NCBI RefSeq assembly: GCF_965208355.1 | Contig: NZ_CBDBOM010000003.1 | Span: forward strand, 2,710,234-2,774,233 | Length of the DNA stretch: 64,000 bases | From: Candidatus Poriferisocius sp. | Lineage (GTDB): Bacteria > Actinomycetota > Acidimicrobiia > Acidimicrobiales > Bin134 | Direction: 5' to 3' | Part shown: piece by piece, positions 8,858 to 17,642 of the stretch | How the letters are laid out: every line of letters starts with the position of its first letter | Position numbering within the stretch: position 1 is the stretch's first letter | The notes under the pieces: generated by a model | Seen by the model: the letters and a program-made list of their open reading frames with translations, nothing else | The model's database searches: none | What the model was told of the DNA's origin: nothing | Program-made: the position numbers and the translations under genes

Positions 8858-9622
8858 TCACGGGGTGAGGTACCACCCGCCGGAGATGTTGATCACCTGG
8901 CCGGTGATGTGGGCCGACTCGTCGCTGCACAGAAAGGCGATGGTGTTGGACACGTCCTCGGGCTCGCCGTGGCGGCGCAGTGGGGTCTCCTCCTTGAACG
9001 ACTCGTAGTGCTCGGCCTGGGCGTCCACCCACTTGGAGCGGATCAGGCCGGGCGCCACGGCGTTGGCCCGGATGTTGTGGGGCCCGCCTTCGATGGCGAC
9101 TCCTCGGGTGACGTCGTTGAGTGCAGCCTTAGCGGCGGCGTACGGCCCCTCCCGCCCGTTGCCCCCCAGATAGGCGGCCACCGAGGAGACGTTAACGATG
9201 CGGCCCCACTGGCGATCCCGCATCGCTCCGATGGTGCGCCAGATCAGCCACCAACAGGCGGTCAGATCCACGCCGATGACCCAGTCCCAGTCCTCGGGCT
9301 TATAGTCGAAGATGCTCCCCTGCACATTGACCGCCGCGCTGTTCACCAAGATGTCCACTGACCCCATTTCGGCGTAGACCTCATCCATGGTCTTGGCCAT
9401 GTGCTCCCGGTCGCCGATGTCGGCCACCGCGGCCATCACCGGCACGTCATAGGCCTCCCGCAGCGCCTCAGCCATCTCATGGGTGCGGCGCTCGTGGTTG
9501 TCCAATACCACAATCCCGGCCCCATATGAGGCCAGCGACCGACAAGTGGTCGACCCGATGGCCGCCCCCGCCGCCCCCGTGACCAGCGCCACCCGACCGG
9601 CAAACTCATTCTCAGCAGGCAT
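8858..9622 (-). CDS. SDR family oxidoreductase
   Basis: VTGAAGAAIG glycine-rich motif, NSAA, and YAAAKAAL catalytic motif. Confidence 0.9.
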   Translation of the reverse strand: MPAENEFAGRVALVTGAAGAAIGSTTCRSLASYGAGIVVLDNHERRTHEMAEALREAYDVPVMAAVADIGDREHMAKTMDEVYAEMGSVDILVNSAAVNVQGSIFDYKPEDWDWVIGVDLTACWWLIWRTIGAMRDRQWGRIVNVSSVAAYLGGNGREGPYAAAKAALNDVTRGVAIEGGPHNIRANAVAPGLIRSKWVDAQAEHYESFKEETPLRRHGEPEDVSNTIAFLCSDESAHITGQVINISGGWYLTP

Positions 9623-9635
9623 AGGGCGATGGTAG

Positions 9636-11762
9636 CTATCCGGCGAGGGCGCGGTTGCGGGCGTGGCGTTTGGCGGTGGCGACGGCGGTCATGGCCTCGG
9701 CGAAGCGGGTGACGGTGGGAAGGTTGGCGTCTAGGCAGGTCTGCTGGATGCGAGCCGCGGTCTCGGGTGGGGCGCAGTCGATGTTGCGGAGCACCAGGCA
9801 CATCCGGGAGTGGGGCCAGCCTCGGGCGGCGGTCGTCTCGATTATGGGGAACAGGCGCTCGATGCCGTCGCCGGCGTAGCTGTAGAAGGCTTGGACGTTG
9901 GTGTGGATCACCACGTCGGGATAGGGCTGAACCTCCAGGATGGGGTCGAGGGCCTGCACCAGCACATCGGGCTCCGACACCGGGCCGAAGCCGATCTCGA
10001 TTGGGTTGCGGACACTGGCCCCCACGCCGTAGCCCAGATCGCGGAGGGCTTGCTGGCCCTGGTCGCTGACGGTGGTGGTGACCAAACTGGCCCTATCGGC
10101 CGCGTCGGTGCCCAGCACCGAGGCACCCCCGCCCACTCCCAGCACCAGGGTGTCGAGGTCGCCGCTGATGTCGACGTCGGCCCAACGCTGGAGATAGGCG
10201 ACCGACGACAGCAAGTCCTCGATGGTGCTTACGACACTGACGCCGGTCGATGCGCTGATGGCTTCCCATATCCGGTCGTCGGCCACCAGCGCTCCGGTGT
10301 GGGATATGGCCGCTCCCCGGCCCTGAGTCGTGCGACCCCCCACCAGGATCACCACCGGCTTGTGGCCCTTGGCCTTGTGGAGGGCGTCGTAGAGGCGGCG
10401 GCCGTCGCGGGGATCCTCCAGGTACATGCCGATGATCCCGGTGTCGGGGTCGTCCACCAGCCACTCCAGAAGTTCGCCGGGGGTGACGTCGATGCAGTTG
10501 CCGACGGTACACAGCTTGGACAGGCGGATACCCCGGATGGCCCCGCCCTTGACCATGTCGCCAGCCAGACCTCCGCTCTGGGAGATCATGGACACCCGGC
10601 CTATTTCGGTGGGGGCGTTGCGCAAGAACGTCTGTCGTCCGGCTGGGCTGTAGGCCCCCAGGCAGTTGGGGCCGAGCACCCGCACCCCCGACTCTCGGGC
10701 GACCTCACCTAAAGCATCTTCCAGATCAGCGCCCTCCCCGCTGGCCTCCCGAAACCCGCCGCTGATCACGTGGACGAACTTGGCCTTGCCCGCCGCTCCC
10801 CTCACCAGATCGGCGCACGCGGCGGCGGGCACCGCGCCCACCACGTAGTCGACCTCGCCGTCGATGTCGGCCACAGTTGGCACCGCGGGTACGCCGTCGA
10901 TCTCAGATGCTTTGGGATGCACCGCCCACAGCGTGCCCGGCCCCCAGCCCAGCTCTTTGTAGGCGGTGAGGAAGGTGTTGCCGAATCCGGGCCGGCTGGT
11001 GGAGGCCCCGGCCACCGCGATGCCCCGGGGGGCGAACAGCGGTCCGAAGTCGGTGAGCGGCGACTCCGAGGGAACCTCGGCGGTGGCGTTCCGGAGGATG
11101 AGCCGGGCGTCCACCGCCATTGAACCGTTCGGGGTGGCGATCACTGGGTTGCACTCCAGCTCGGCCAGATGGCCGCCAAGGTGCACCGCCAGCCCATCGG
11201 GGCCGGCCACGGCCAACAACAGCTCGATGAGCGAGTCAACGTCCACGGGCGGCTGGCCCCGGAAGCCGCCCAACAGCTCGGCCCCCTTGAATCCGGTCAC
11301 CATTGCCTCGGCGTCAGCTCGGGAGATGGGGGCCAGCCGCAGCACCACCTCGTCGAGCACTTCGGTGAGGGTGCCCCCCAATCCGAGGGCGGCCACCGGG
11401 CCGAACGGGGGCCGGTCCACCACCCCAACCAGCAGCTCCACCCCGGCCGCCGCCTGCTCCTCCACCAGGAACCCGTGGATGTGCCCCCTAGCTTCGGCCA
11501 CCGCCACCGCCATCTGGGAGGCCTCGTAGTTCAGCTCGTAGGCGGCCACCCCCATGCGCACCGCGCCCACATCGCTCTTGTGAACCACGCTGCCGCCGAA
11601 GCCCTTCAGCACCAGAGGCTCGCTCAGCCCGTAGGCCGCCACCATGTCGGCCAGCAGCGAGGGGTTGGCCACCGCGTCGTCGTAGGCCGCCACCACGCCT
11701 TTGGGCACTACTACCCCGGTATCAGCGAGCAGGGCCTTGACTTCTGGCTCGGGGACGGTCAC
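9636..11762 (-). CDS. ADP-forming acyl-CoA synthetase (acetate--CoA ligase family), ATP-grasp domain N-terminal
   Basis: ATP-grasp segment (..LVLKGFGGSVVHKSDVGAVRMGV..), then a CoA-binding segment (..GIAVAGAST..GPNCLGAYSP..) and a ligase-CoA segment (ISQSGGLAGD). I prefer the GTG start at 11762, 1 nt after the upstream stop. The track ORF extends to 11825. Confidence 0.8.
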   Translation of the reverse strand: MTVPEPEVKALLADTGVVVPKGVVAAYDDAVANPSLLADMVAAYGLSEPLVLKGFGGSVVHKSDVGAVRMGVAAYELNYEASQMAVAVAEARGHIHGFLVEEQAAAGVELLVGVVDRPPFGPVAALGLGGTLTEVLDEVVLRLAPISRADAEAMVTGFKGAELLGGFRGQPPVDVDSLIELLLAVAGPDGLAVHLGGHLAELECNPVIATPNGSMAVDARLILRNATAEVPSESPLTDFGPLFAPRGIAVAGASTSRPGFGNTFLTAYKELGWGPGTLWAVHPKASEIDGVPAVPTVADIDGEVDYVVGAVPAAACADLVRGAAGKAKFVHVISGGFREASGEGADLEDALGEVARESGVRVLGPNCLGAYSPAGRQTFLRNAPTEIGRVSMISQSGGLAGDMVKGGAIRGIRLSKLCTVGNCIDVTPGELLEWLVDDPDTGIIGMYLEDPRDGRRLYDALHKAKGHKPVVILVGGRTTQGRGAAISHTGALVADDRIWEAISASTGVSVVSTIEDLLSSVAYLQRWADVDISGDLDTLVLGVGGGASVLGTDAADRASLVTTTVSDQGQQALRDLGYGVGASVRNPIEIGFGPVSEPDVLVQALDPILEVQPYPDVVIHTNVQAFYSYAGDGIERLFPIIETTAARGWPHSRMCLVLRNIDCAPPETAARIQQTCLDANLPTVTRFAEAMTAVATAKRHARNRALAG

Positions 11763-11763
11763 G

Positions 11764-12636
11764 TCATCCCAGGCGAGTGAACACCCGTCGGGCGGTGTCG
11801 CCGAGCAGGTTGGCCCGGGCCTCATCGCCCAGGTCCAACTCCTGGAGCTGGTCCAGGCAGTGGCGGTGGCCAGCCGCAGGGAATCCGGTTCCCCACAGGC
11901 ACTTGCGGCGACCAGCCCGGTTCATGAACTCCACCAGCTCGTCCGACCAGTGCCGGGGCGGGTACACCGAGGTGCCCAGGTACACGTTGGGAAACTTGAG
12001 GGCCATGGCGATGCACTCAGCCACCCACGGCCAGCCGGTGTGCGACAGTACGAACCGCACTTGAGGGAAGTACAGGGCGGGCCGATCGATGCCGACGGGC
12101 ACCCCGCACTCGCTGGGCATGAGGCCGCCAGACGTGCCTGCCTGCATCACGAAGGGCACGTCGTGGGTGGCGCAAAGGGCGTAGTAGGGGTAGAAGTCGG
12201 CGTGGTCGAAGCGGCGGTCGAAGCTGTGGGTGTGGGTGTGCAGGCCCACGCACCAGGGCTCATTCAGCATGGCGGCGGCCTCGTCCACCCCGGCCATGCC
12301 GGTGCGGGGATCGATGGACCACTGGCCGAAGAACCGGCCCGGGTAATCGGCGGCCAACCGCTCCAGGTCAACGGGCTGGGCAGCCACCAGCTCGAAGTCG
12401 GTGGTCTCGGGATGGGCGGGCCGATGGGCCACGGTCATAATCACCGCAGCGATGCCCAGCTCGTCCATGCGGGCCACCATGGTCTCGGTGTCGCAGAAAG
12501 AGTCGTTGCCGTCGGTGCGGAACTTCACTGCGATGCCGGTAGCCCCCACCGCGGCGTTCCAGATGTCAGCCTGCTCAGGGAAGAATCGGTTGCACCAGTA
12601 GTCGATGGCGCCGCTGGCCGGGGCAGCGGCACTCAT
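11764..12636 (-). CDS. amidohydrolase_2 family protein
   Basis: 290 aa PF04909-like pattern. Its start overlaps the upstream stop as ATGA (12633-12636). Confidence 0.8.
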   Translation of the reverse strand: MSAAAPASGAIDYWCNRFFPEQADIWNAAVGATGIAVKFRTDGNDSFCDTETMVARMDELGIAAVIMTVAHRPAHPETTDFELVAAQPVDLERLAADYPGRFFGQWSIDPRTGMAGVDEAAAMLNEPWCVGLHTHTHSFDRRFDHADFYPYYALCATHDVPFVMQAGTSGGLMPSECGVPVGIDRPALYFPQVRFVLSHTGWPWVAECIAMALKFPNVYLGTSVYPPRHWSDELVEFMNRAGRRKCLWGTGFPAAGHRHCLDQLQELDLGDEARANLLGDTARRVFTRLG

Positions 12637-14027
12637 GGCCGCTCGTCCTTGAAGCGCACCAGCTTGGCCGCACCGGTGGCCATGCCGGTGAGGTCGTCCA
12701 GCTCGCCGGGGCGCACCACCTCGGCGGTCATCCGCACGCTCATGACCTCCTTGATCCGGGCTTCAACCCGCTCGGCCACCGCCGCAAACTCGTCGGTGGG
12801 GGCGTCGCTGGCCACCATCACGATCATCTCGTCGCGATCGCCAGCCCGAACCGCCCGGCAGAAGAAGTCCTCGGTCACCCCGGCCACATCGCTGATCACG
12901 TCGCCGATGGCCTCGGGCCACACGTTCACCCCCCGCAGCTTGACCATGTTGTCGCCCCGCCCGGCGAACGGCCCCATGCGCCGCAGCCACGAGCCGCACT
13001 CGCACTGGCCCGGCGGGTACAAAAACGACAGGTCCATGATGTTGTAGCGGAACTGGGGCGAGCCGGTCTTGTAGATCTCTGTAATCACCAGCGCCCCCTG
13101 GGTGCCGTCGGGCACCTGCTCGCCGGTCTCCACGTCCACCACCTGCACCACGAAGCAGTCCTCGAAGATGTGGAGTTGGCCGTTGCGCAGCGGACACTCG
13201 ATGGACACGTTCTGCACCTCGTGGAAGCCGTAGGGCTGGGCGGGGGTCACCCCCCACACCTCTTTGACCCGTTCGGCATCGCCGATGTGGCCGCCGGGCA
13301 GGGCCCGGATGTTGAAGTCGGCCTTGGGGTCGAGGCCCATCTCCACCGCGGTCTCGGCCATCTTCAGCATGTAGTCGCCGGTGGTCAAGATGGCGGCCGC
13401 CCCGTACTCGTGGGCCAGCTCCACCTGCTTGCGGGTGGAGGTCACATTGCCGGTGCCCGTGGTGAGGACCACGCAGTTGAGCCAGCGGTAGAGCGCCTCG
13501 TCGAAGGCGTGGGCGCCGTTGTGGGTGGAGTAGGCCCAGGCGTTGATAACCACGTCTCCGGGGCGGATCCCCTCGGCGTACAGGGCTCGGGCCATGGTGA
13601 TGGCCCCCACCTCCCGGTCCCAGGCGGTGTAGAGGGTGGGCCGGGACCGCCCGGTGGTCCCGCCCGACACGTACAACCGCATGGGCTCGTTGCGGGCGTC
13701 TTCCAAACCGATGCTCTGGTAGTCGCCCAGCGGGGGGTTCTCGTTGATGGAGGCCCGGATGTCGTCCACGGTGTAGGCCGGGGCCTTCCAAAGGTCGTCG
13801 ACGGTGTGGAGCTGGTCGGGGTGGAAGCCGGCCGCCTCCCAGCGCTTGCGGAAGAAGGGCACCTGCCAGGCCCGCTGGGCCCGGTCTTGGAGGCGCAGTA
13901 GCTGCTTGCGGGCAATGGTGTCGGGATCTTCGAAGAATGTGGTCTCGAAGTACTCCGGCGGCGGGGGGAAAAGGCGCTCGATGGCGTCGTAGTCCAGCTG
14001 GTGCGGGCGGCGCATCCCCGTGCTCAT
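12633..14027 (-). CDS. phenylacetate--CoA ligase (PaaK/F390-synthetase) family adenylate-forming enzyme
   Basis: 464 aa with ..YVSGGTTGRSRP.. P-loop-like AMP motif, ..FFRKRWEAAGF.. N-terminal signature and a C-terminal small domain. Confidence 0.85.
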   Translation of the reverse strand: MSTGMRRPHQLDYDAIERLFPPPPEYFETTFFEDPDTIARKQLLRLQDRAQRAWQVPFFRKRWEAAGFHPDQLHTVDDLWKAPAYTVDDIRASINENPPLGDYQSIGLEDARNEPMRLYVSGGTTGRSRPTLYTAWDREVGAITMARALYAEGIRPGDVVINAWAYSTHNGAHAFDEALYRWLNCVVLTTGTGNVTSTRKQVELAHEYGAAAILTTGDYMLKMAETAVEMGLDPKADFNIRALPGGHIGDAERVKEVWGVTPAQPYGFHEVQNVSIECPLRNGQLHIFEDCFVVQVVDVETGEQVPDGTQGALVITEIYKTGSPQFRYNIMDLSFLYPPGQCECGSWLRRMGPFAGRGDNMVKLRGVNVWPEAIGDVISDVAGVTEDFFCRAVRAGDRDEMIVMVASDAPTDEFAAVAERVEARIKEVMSVRMTAEVVRPGELDDLTGMATGAAKLVRFKDERP

Positions 14028-14061
14028 AGCCGCATTCCCGCGCCATGCCCCGTGCTCATAG
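14016..14061 (-). repeat. direct duplication of the PaaK-like start region, creating an 11-codon uORF (14024-14059)
   Basis: CCCCGTGCTCATAG occurs at 14016-14029 and 14048-14061. On the coding strand the upstream copy starts ATGAGCACGGGG.. giving MSTGHGAGMRL-TGA. That TGA overlaps the main ATG (14027) as ATGA. Confidence 0.7.
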
Positions 14062-14122
14062 AACAGCCACGGTACCCGCGCCGAGCTAGGCGGCGACAGA
14101 CCGCGAACCCGGCCACTGCACG

Positions 14123-15265
14123 ATGCCCCAGTCGGGAACTAGCGTTTTGGCCGTGAAAGTCATCTCGGCCGATTGCCACATCAACGAGCCGCCCCATGTG
14201 TTCGAGCGGGTGCCCGAGGAGTACAAAGACCGCATCCCCCGAATGATGCCCGCGCCCGACGGGGGCGACGGATGGTCGTTCGACGGCGGGCCGCCCAAGC
14301 GCAGCTTCGGCATCGAGGCCATGGCCGGGGTGGCCAAGGAGGATTACAAGCTCTCGGGCATGAAGTTCGAGGAAATCATGCCGGGCAACTACGACGGCAC
14401 CGCCCACTGCGCCGACATGGACATCGACGGCGTGTGGGGCTCGGTGGTGTACCCGGCCAACTCCATCTTTACCTACCTGGAGCCCGACCGGGGCCTGGCG
14501 GTGGCCTGCATGCGCAGCTACAACGACTGGGTGCTGGACGAGTTCCAGGGGGCGGCGCCCGACCGGCTGCGGGGCCTGCCCATGCTGCCCACCGAGGACG
14601 GCATGGAGATCACCCTGGCCGAAGTCGACCGGGTGCTGGAGAAGGGGGCCAAGGGGCTGTTCATCCCCGGCATGCCGTCCCGGCCCTACAACGACTCGTA
14701 CTACGAGCCGCTGTGGAAGGCGTGCTCGGAGCTGGACATACCGGTCACCTTCCACCGCACCTTCGGGGGCAAGCCGCCCGACAGTGACTGGGACGAGCTG
14801 GTGGAGCAGAACGTGTCGGTCCCCGGCATCGTCAACCGGTTCTTCAGCGCCGTGCGCCCGCTCACTTACATGATCTTCGCCGGCATCTTCGACCGCCACC
14901 CCAACCTCAAGGTGGTGGCCGCCGAGGTGAACTACGGCTGGGTGCCGTTCTGGTACCAGACCATGGACGACGAGTACCGCACCCAGTCGGCCTGGTCCGA
15001 CTCGCCCATGGAGCGCGATCCCAGCAGCTACCTGGGCACCAACGTGTTCGTGACCGGCCTCGACGACCACAACGGCCACATGCAGATGGCCGGCGGCAAC
15101 CAGACCCTGGTGAACATGTCCATGTGGTCGTCCGACTACCCCCACTCGGTGACCCTGTGGCCCGACAGCCGCAAGATCATCGCCGAGCTGGTCGACGGCA
15201 TGACCGACGCCGACACAGAAAAGGTCCTCTACGCCAACGCCGCCCGGGTCTACAAGTACAACTGA
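14123..15265 (+). CDS. amidohydrolase_2 family protein
   Basis: 380 aa. N-terminal ..VISADCHINEP.. metal-binding motif and ..SSDYPH.. near the C-terminus, typical of the family. Confidence 0.85.
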   Translation: MPQSGTSVLAVKVISADCHINEPPHVFERVPEEYKDRIPRMMPAPDGGDGWSFDGGPPKRSFGIEAMAGVAKEDYKLSGMKFEEIMPGNYDGTAHCADMDIDGVWGSVVYPANSIFTYLEPDRGLAVACMRSYNDWVLDEFQGAAPDRLRGLPMLPTEDGMEITLAEVDRVLEKGAKGLFIPGMPSRPYNDSYYEPLWKACSELDIPVTFHRTFGGKPPDSDWDELVEQNVSVPGIVNRFFSAVRPLTYMIFAGIFDRHPNLKVVAAEVNYGWVPFWYQTMDDEYRTQSAWSDSPMERDPSSYLGTNVFVTGLDDHNGHMQMAGGNQTLVNMSMWSSDYPHSVTLWPDSRKIIAELVDGMTDADTEKVLYANAARVYKYN

Positions 15266-15374
15266 GCCCGGTCGATGCCATAGCTTCAAACTGGAAGACC
15301 TCAGCGTCGAGGAGACATCCCGATGGGCATTACTTCTATCTCGAATTACTTCGGGCGCAAGAAACCGGGATGCA

Positions 15375-15779
15375 ATGGCGACGCCTGCGAGATTTGAGCA
15401 GGTCACGCTGCTGGTGCTGGCCCTAGTGCACCTTGTGGTCCAGTTGACCCACGGCTACAGCCACTTAGCAGCCGACGTTGGCCTATCCGCCATGCAGCAG
15501 GTATTCATCTACGTGGTGGCGACGTTCATGCCGCTGGCTGCGGTGTACGTCGCGCTTCGCAAAGACGTGCGACTGGGCGCCGGTCTGTTCGCGGTGTCGA
15601 TGGCGGCGGCATTCCTTTTCGGCTATCTGGCTCACTTCGTCATCGACAGCCCCGACCTCCACTCCAACGTGGTCGGCGATTATGCGGCCCTTTTCTTCCA
15701 CTCCGCGCTGAGCCTGGCCATCATCGAGTTCGTCGGCTTCGCCTTCGGCTTCACCATCGCCACCCGCAAACCCCGATAG
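15375..15779 (+). CDS. hypothetical integral membrane protein (about 4 TM segments)
   Basis: 134 aa with four hydrophobic stretches and coding-like codon usage. No family recognised. Confidence 0.5.
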   Translation: MATPARFEQVTLLVLALVHLVVQLTHGYSHLAADVGLSAMQQVFIYVVATFMPLAAVYVALRKDVRLGAGLFAVSMAAAFLFGYLAHFVIDSPDLHSNVVGDYAALFFHSALSLAIIEFVGFAFGFTIATRKPR

Positions 15780-15798
15780 CCCGACAAGGACCGCCCTT

Positions 15799-16293
15799 CT
15801 ATTGGTGGCGGCGGTCTTCGAAGTCTTCGGGGAGGTCGATGGGGGGATCGGGGAGCTTGGTGATGTTGCGGGAGGCCAGCAGGGCCTCGAAGCCCTCGGG
15901 GTCGGCGGCCCACGAGGCGGCGTCGCCCATCATCACCTCGAACAGCTCAACCCCTTCGGGGCCGGCGATCAGGGGTCCTAGCGCGGCGCCGTGGGGCAGC
16001 TCTATGTGAGTGCCGGCCGGGCAGTGGACGTCGCCGCACATCAGATCGCCGCTCAGCACGTACATCACCTGGGGAGAGTGGTGGCCGTGGCGGTGCACGA
16101 TCATGCCCGGGTCCCAGCGGGCCCACATCGACAGGTACTGCTTGCCGTGGCTGCCGAAGGTGAACCACTTCTCCCACACCGACTTCTGCCCGTCGGGGTG
16201 CATCTGGGTGCGGACCTGCTGGGTCTTCAGATCCTTGTCATCGAGATGGCGGAAGATGGGCTCCACGCCGGGAACCTCATGGGGCGACGCCAT
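15799..16293 (-). CDS. cupin domain protein (ChrR-like cupin)
   Basis: 164 aa. ..MIVHRHGHHSPQVMYVLSGDL..GTHIELPHG.. fits the two-motif cupin pattern. Confidence 0.65.
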   Translation of the reverse strand: MASPHEVPGVEPIFRHLDDKDLKTQQVRTQMHPDGQKSVWEKWFTFGSHGKQYLSMWARWDPGMIVHRHGHHSPQVMYVLSGDLMCGDVHCPAGTHIELPHGAALGPLIAGPEGVELFEVMMGDAASWAADPEGFEALLASRNITKLPDPPIDLPEDFEDRRHQ

Positions 16294-16296
16294 CGC

Positions 16297-17511
16297 TCAG
16301 CTCACCCCGGCAGGAACTCTGGGCACGTAGCTCGAGGGGTCGTACTCGTAGGTAGTGGCCTCGATGAACTCGTCGGGCAGGTAGCCCTCAGGGAACCGGT
16401 ACAGGTCGAGGGAGTTGTCCCACAGGATCTTGCGCTTTGACTCGTCCGAAATCTTGGGCAGATCCAAGAACGACTGCACCGCCTCCGGGTACTTGGAGTC
16501 GGGGTGGGGGTAGTCGCTCTCCCACACGATCTTGTCGTCGCCCAGCTCCTCGATCACGTGGTACACGAGATACTCGTCGGGCTCCACCGAGATGAAGCAG
16601 TTGTCCTGGAAGTACTCCTGGGGCGACTTGGTGAGCCCCGGCTTCTCGTAATCGCCCGACAGCTCGATGTGCTCCTCCATGCGCCACAGCCACCACGGCA
16701 GCCAGGCGCAGTTGGCCTCCATGTAGGCCACCCGCAGCCGGGGGAACCGCTCGAAGACTCCGTTGCAGATCATCGACAGCATGGCCATCTGGGCCTCATG
16801 GGGGTGGCAGACGGTGTGCCACTCGGTGAAGGTCTCGAAGCGGTCGGCCCCGGCCGACGACCCGTTGTGGCCCATGAAGTCGTGGGTGGCGAAGGCGCAG
16901 TCCAGGTCTTGGAGCAACTCGTACATGGGGTCGTAGTAGGGGTCGCCCAGCGTCCGGTGGTTGAACAGGTTGGGCCGGGCGAAGAAGCACCGGGTGCCCA
17001 GGTGGTCGTAGGCGTACTGGATCTCCTCCACCGCCCGGTGTACGTCGTTCATCACCACCGGCCCCGCGGCGATGACCCGCCCGCCCGAGGTCTCCCGCAT
17101 CTCCTGGCCCCAGCGGTTGTAGGCCCGGCACATGGCGGCCTGAAGCTCGGCGTCCATGCCGTCGGACCACAGGTCGTAGCCGGGGCCGTAGATCACCATG
17201 AAGTCCATGCCGTCCAGCGGCATGGCCTCGGCCACCGCGTCACCGGGAAAGCCGTTGTCCACCACCGCCTGGCCGTACTTGGCCCGCATGTGGTCGTAGG
17301 TCCAGTTCACCGCCTCCATGAAGTCGCCGTAGATGGTGACCCGGCTCTGGGTGTAGCGGCCGTCCACAGTGGCCGGACGGAACGCCTCCCGGCCGGGGAC
17401 TTCCTTCCAGCCCACCCGGTGCTGGAACTTCTGGTCCAAAAACCGCTCCCACAGATTCTTGGGCTCCACCACGTGCCCGTCGGCGTCAAAAACCTTGTAC
17501 CCATGCCGCAT
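16297..17511 (-). CDS. amidohydrolase_2 family protein
   Basis: 404 aa. ..VFDADGHVVEP.. N-terminal motif and ..WESDYPHPD.. C-terminal motif. Confidence 0.85.
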   Translation of the reverse strand: MRHGYKVFDADGHVVEPKNLWERFLDQKFQHRVGWKEVPGREAFRPATVDGRYTQSRVTIYGDFMEAVNWTYDHMRAKYGQAVVDNGFPGDAVAEAMPLDGMDFMVIYGPGYDLWSDGMDAELQAAMCRAYNRWGQEMRETSGGRVIAAGPVVMNDVHRAVEEIQYAYDHLGTRCFFARPNLFNHRTLGDPYYDPMYELLQDLDCAFATHDFMGHNGSSAGADRFETFTEWHTVCHPHEAQMAMLSMICNGVFERFPRLRVAYMEANCAWLPWWLWRMEEHIELSGDYEKPGLTKSPQEYFQDNCFISVEPDEYLVYHVIEELGDDKIVWESDYPHPDSKYPEAVQSFLDLPKISDESKRKILWDNSLDLYRFPEGYLPDEFIEATTYEYDPSSYVPRVPAGVS

Positions 17512-17642
17512 GGCTGGCTGTCCTCCCCTTGCTGGCGTGTGCCTTGCTGGTCCGCCAAGAGTAGGTCAACCGGCAGAAGGAGGCAGAAGACGACGAGTCG
17601 AACCCACCGGTCGGGCCAAGACCTACTATTGCCCGTTCCCTA

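Noticed and set aside
15323-15397. 24-codon ORF (MGITSISNYFGRKKPGCNGDACEI) with GAGGAG 8 nt upstream, overlapping the start of the 15375 membrane-protein gene.
   Set aside because: Its codons are A/T-ending (att act tct atc tcg aat tac ttc), unlike every supported gene here, and it has no recognisable family. It is more likely untranslated leader sequence. I could not exclude a leader peptide.
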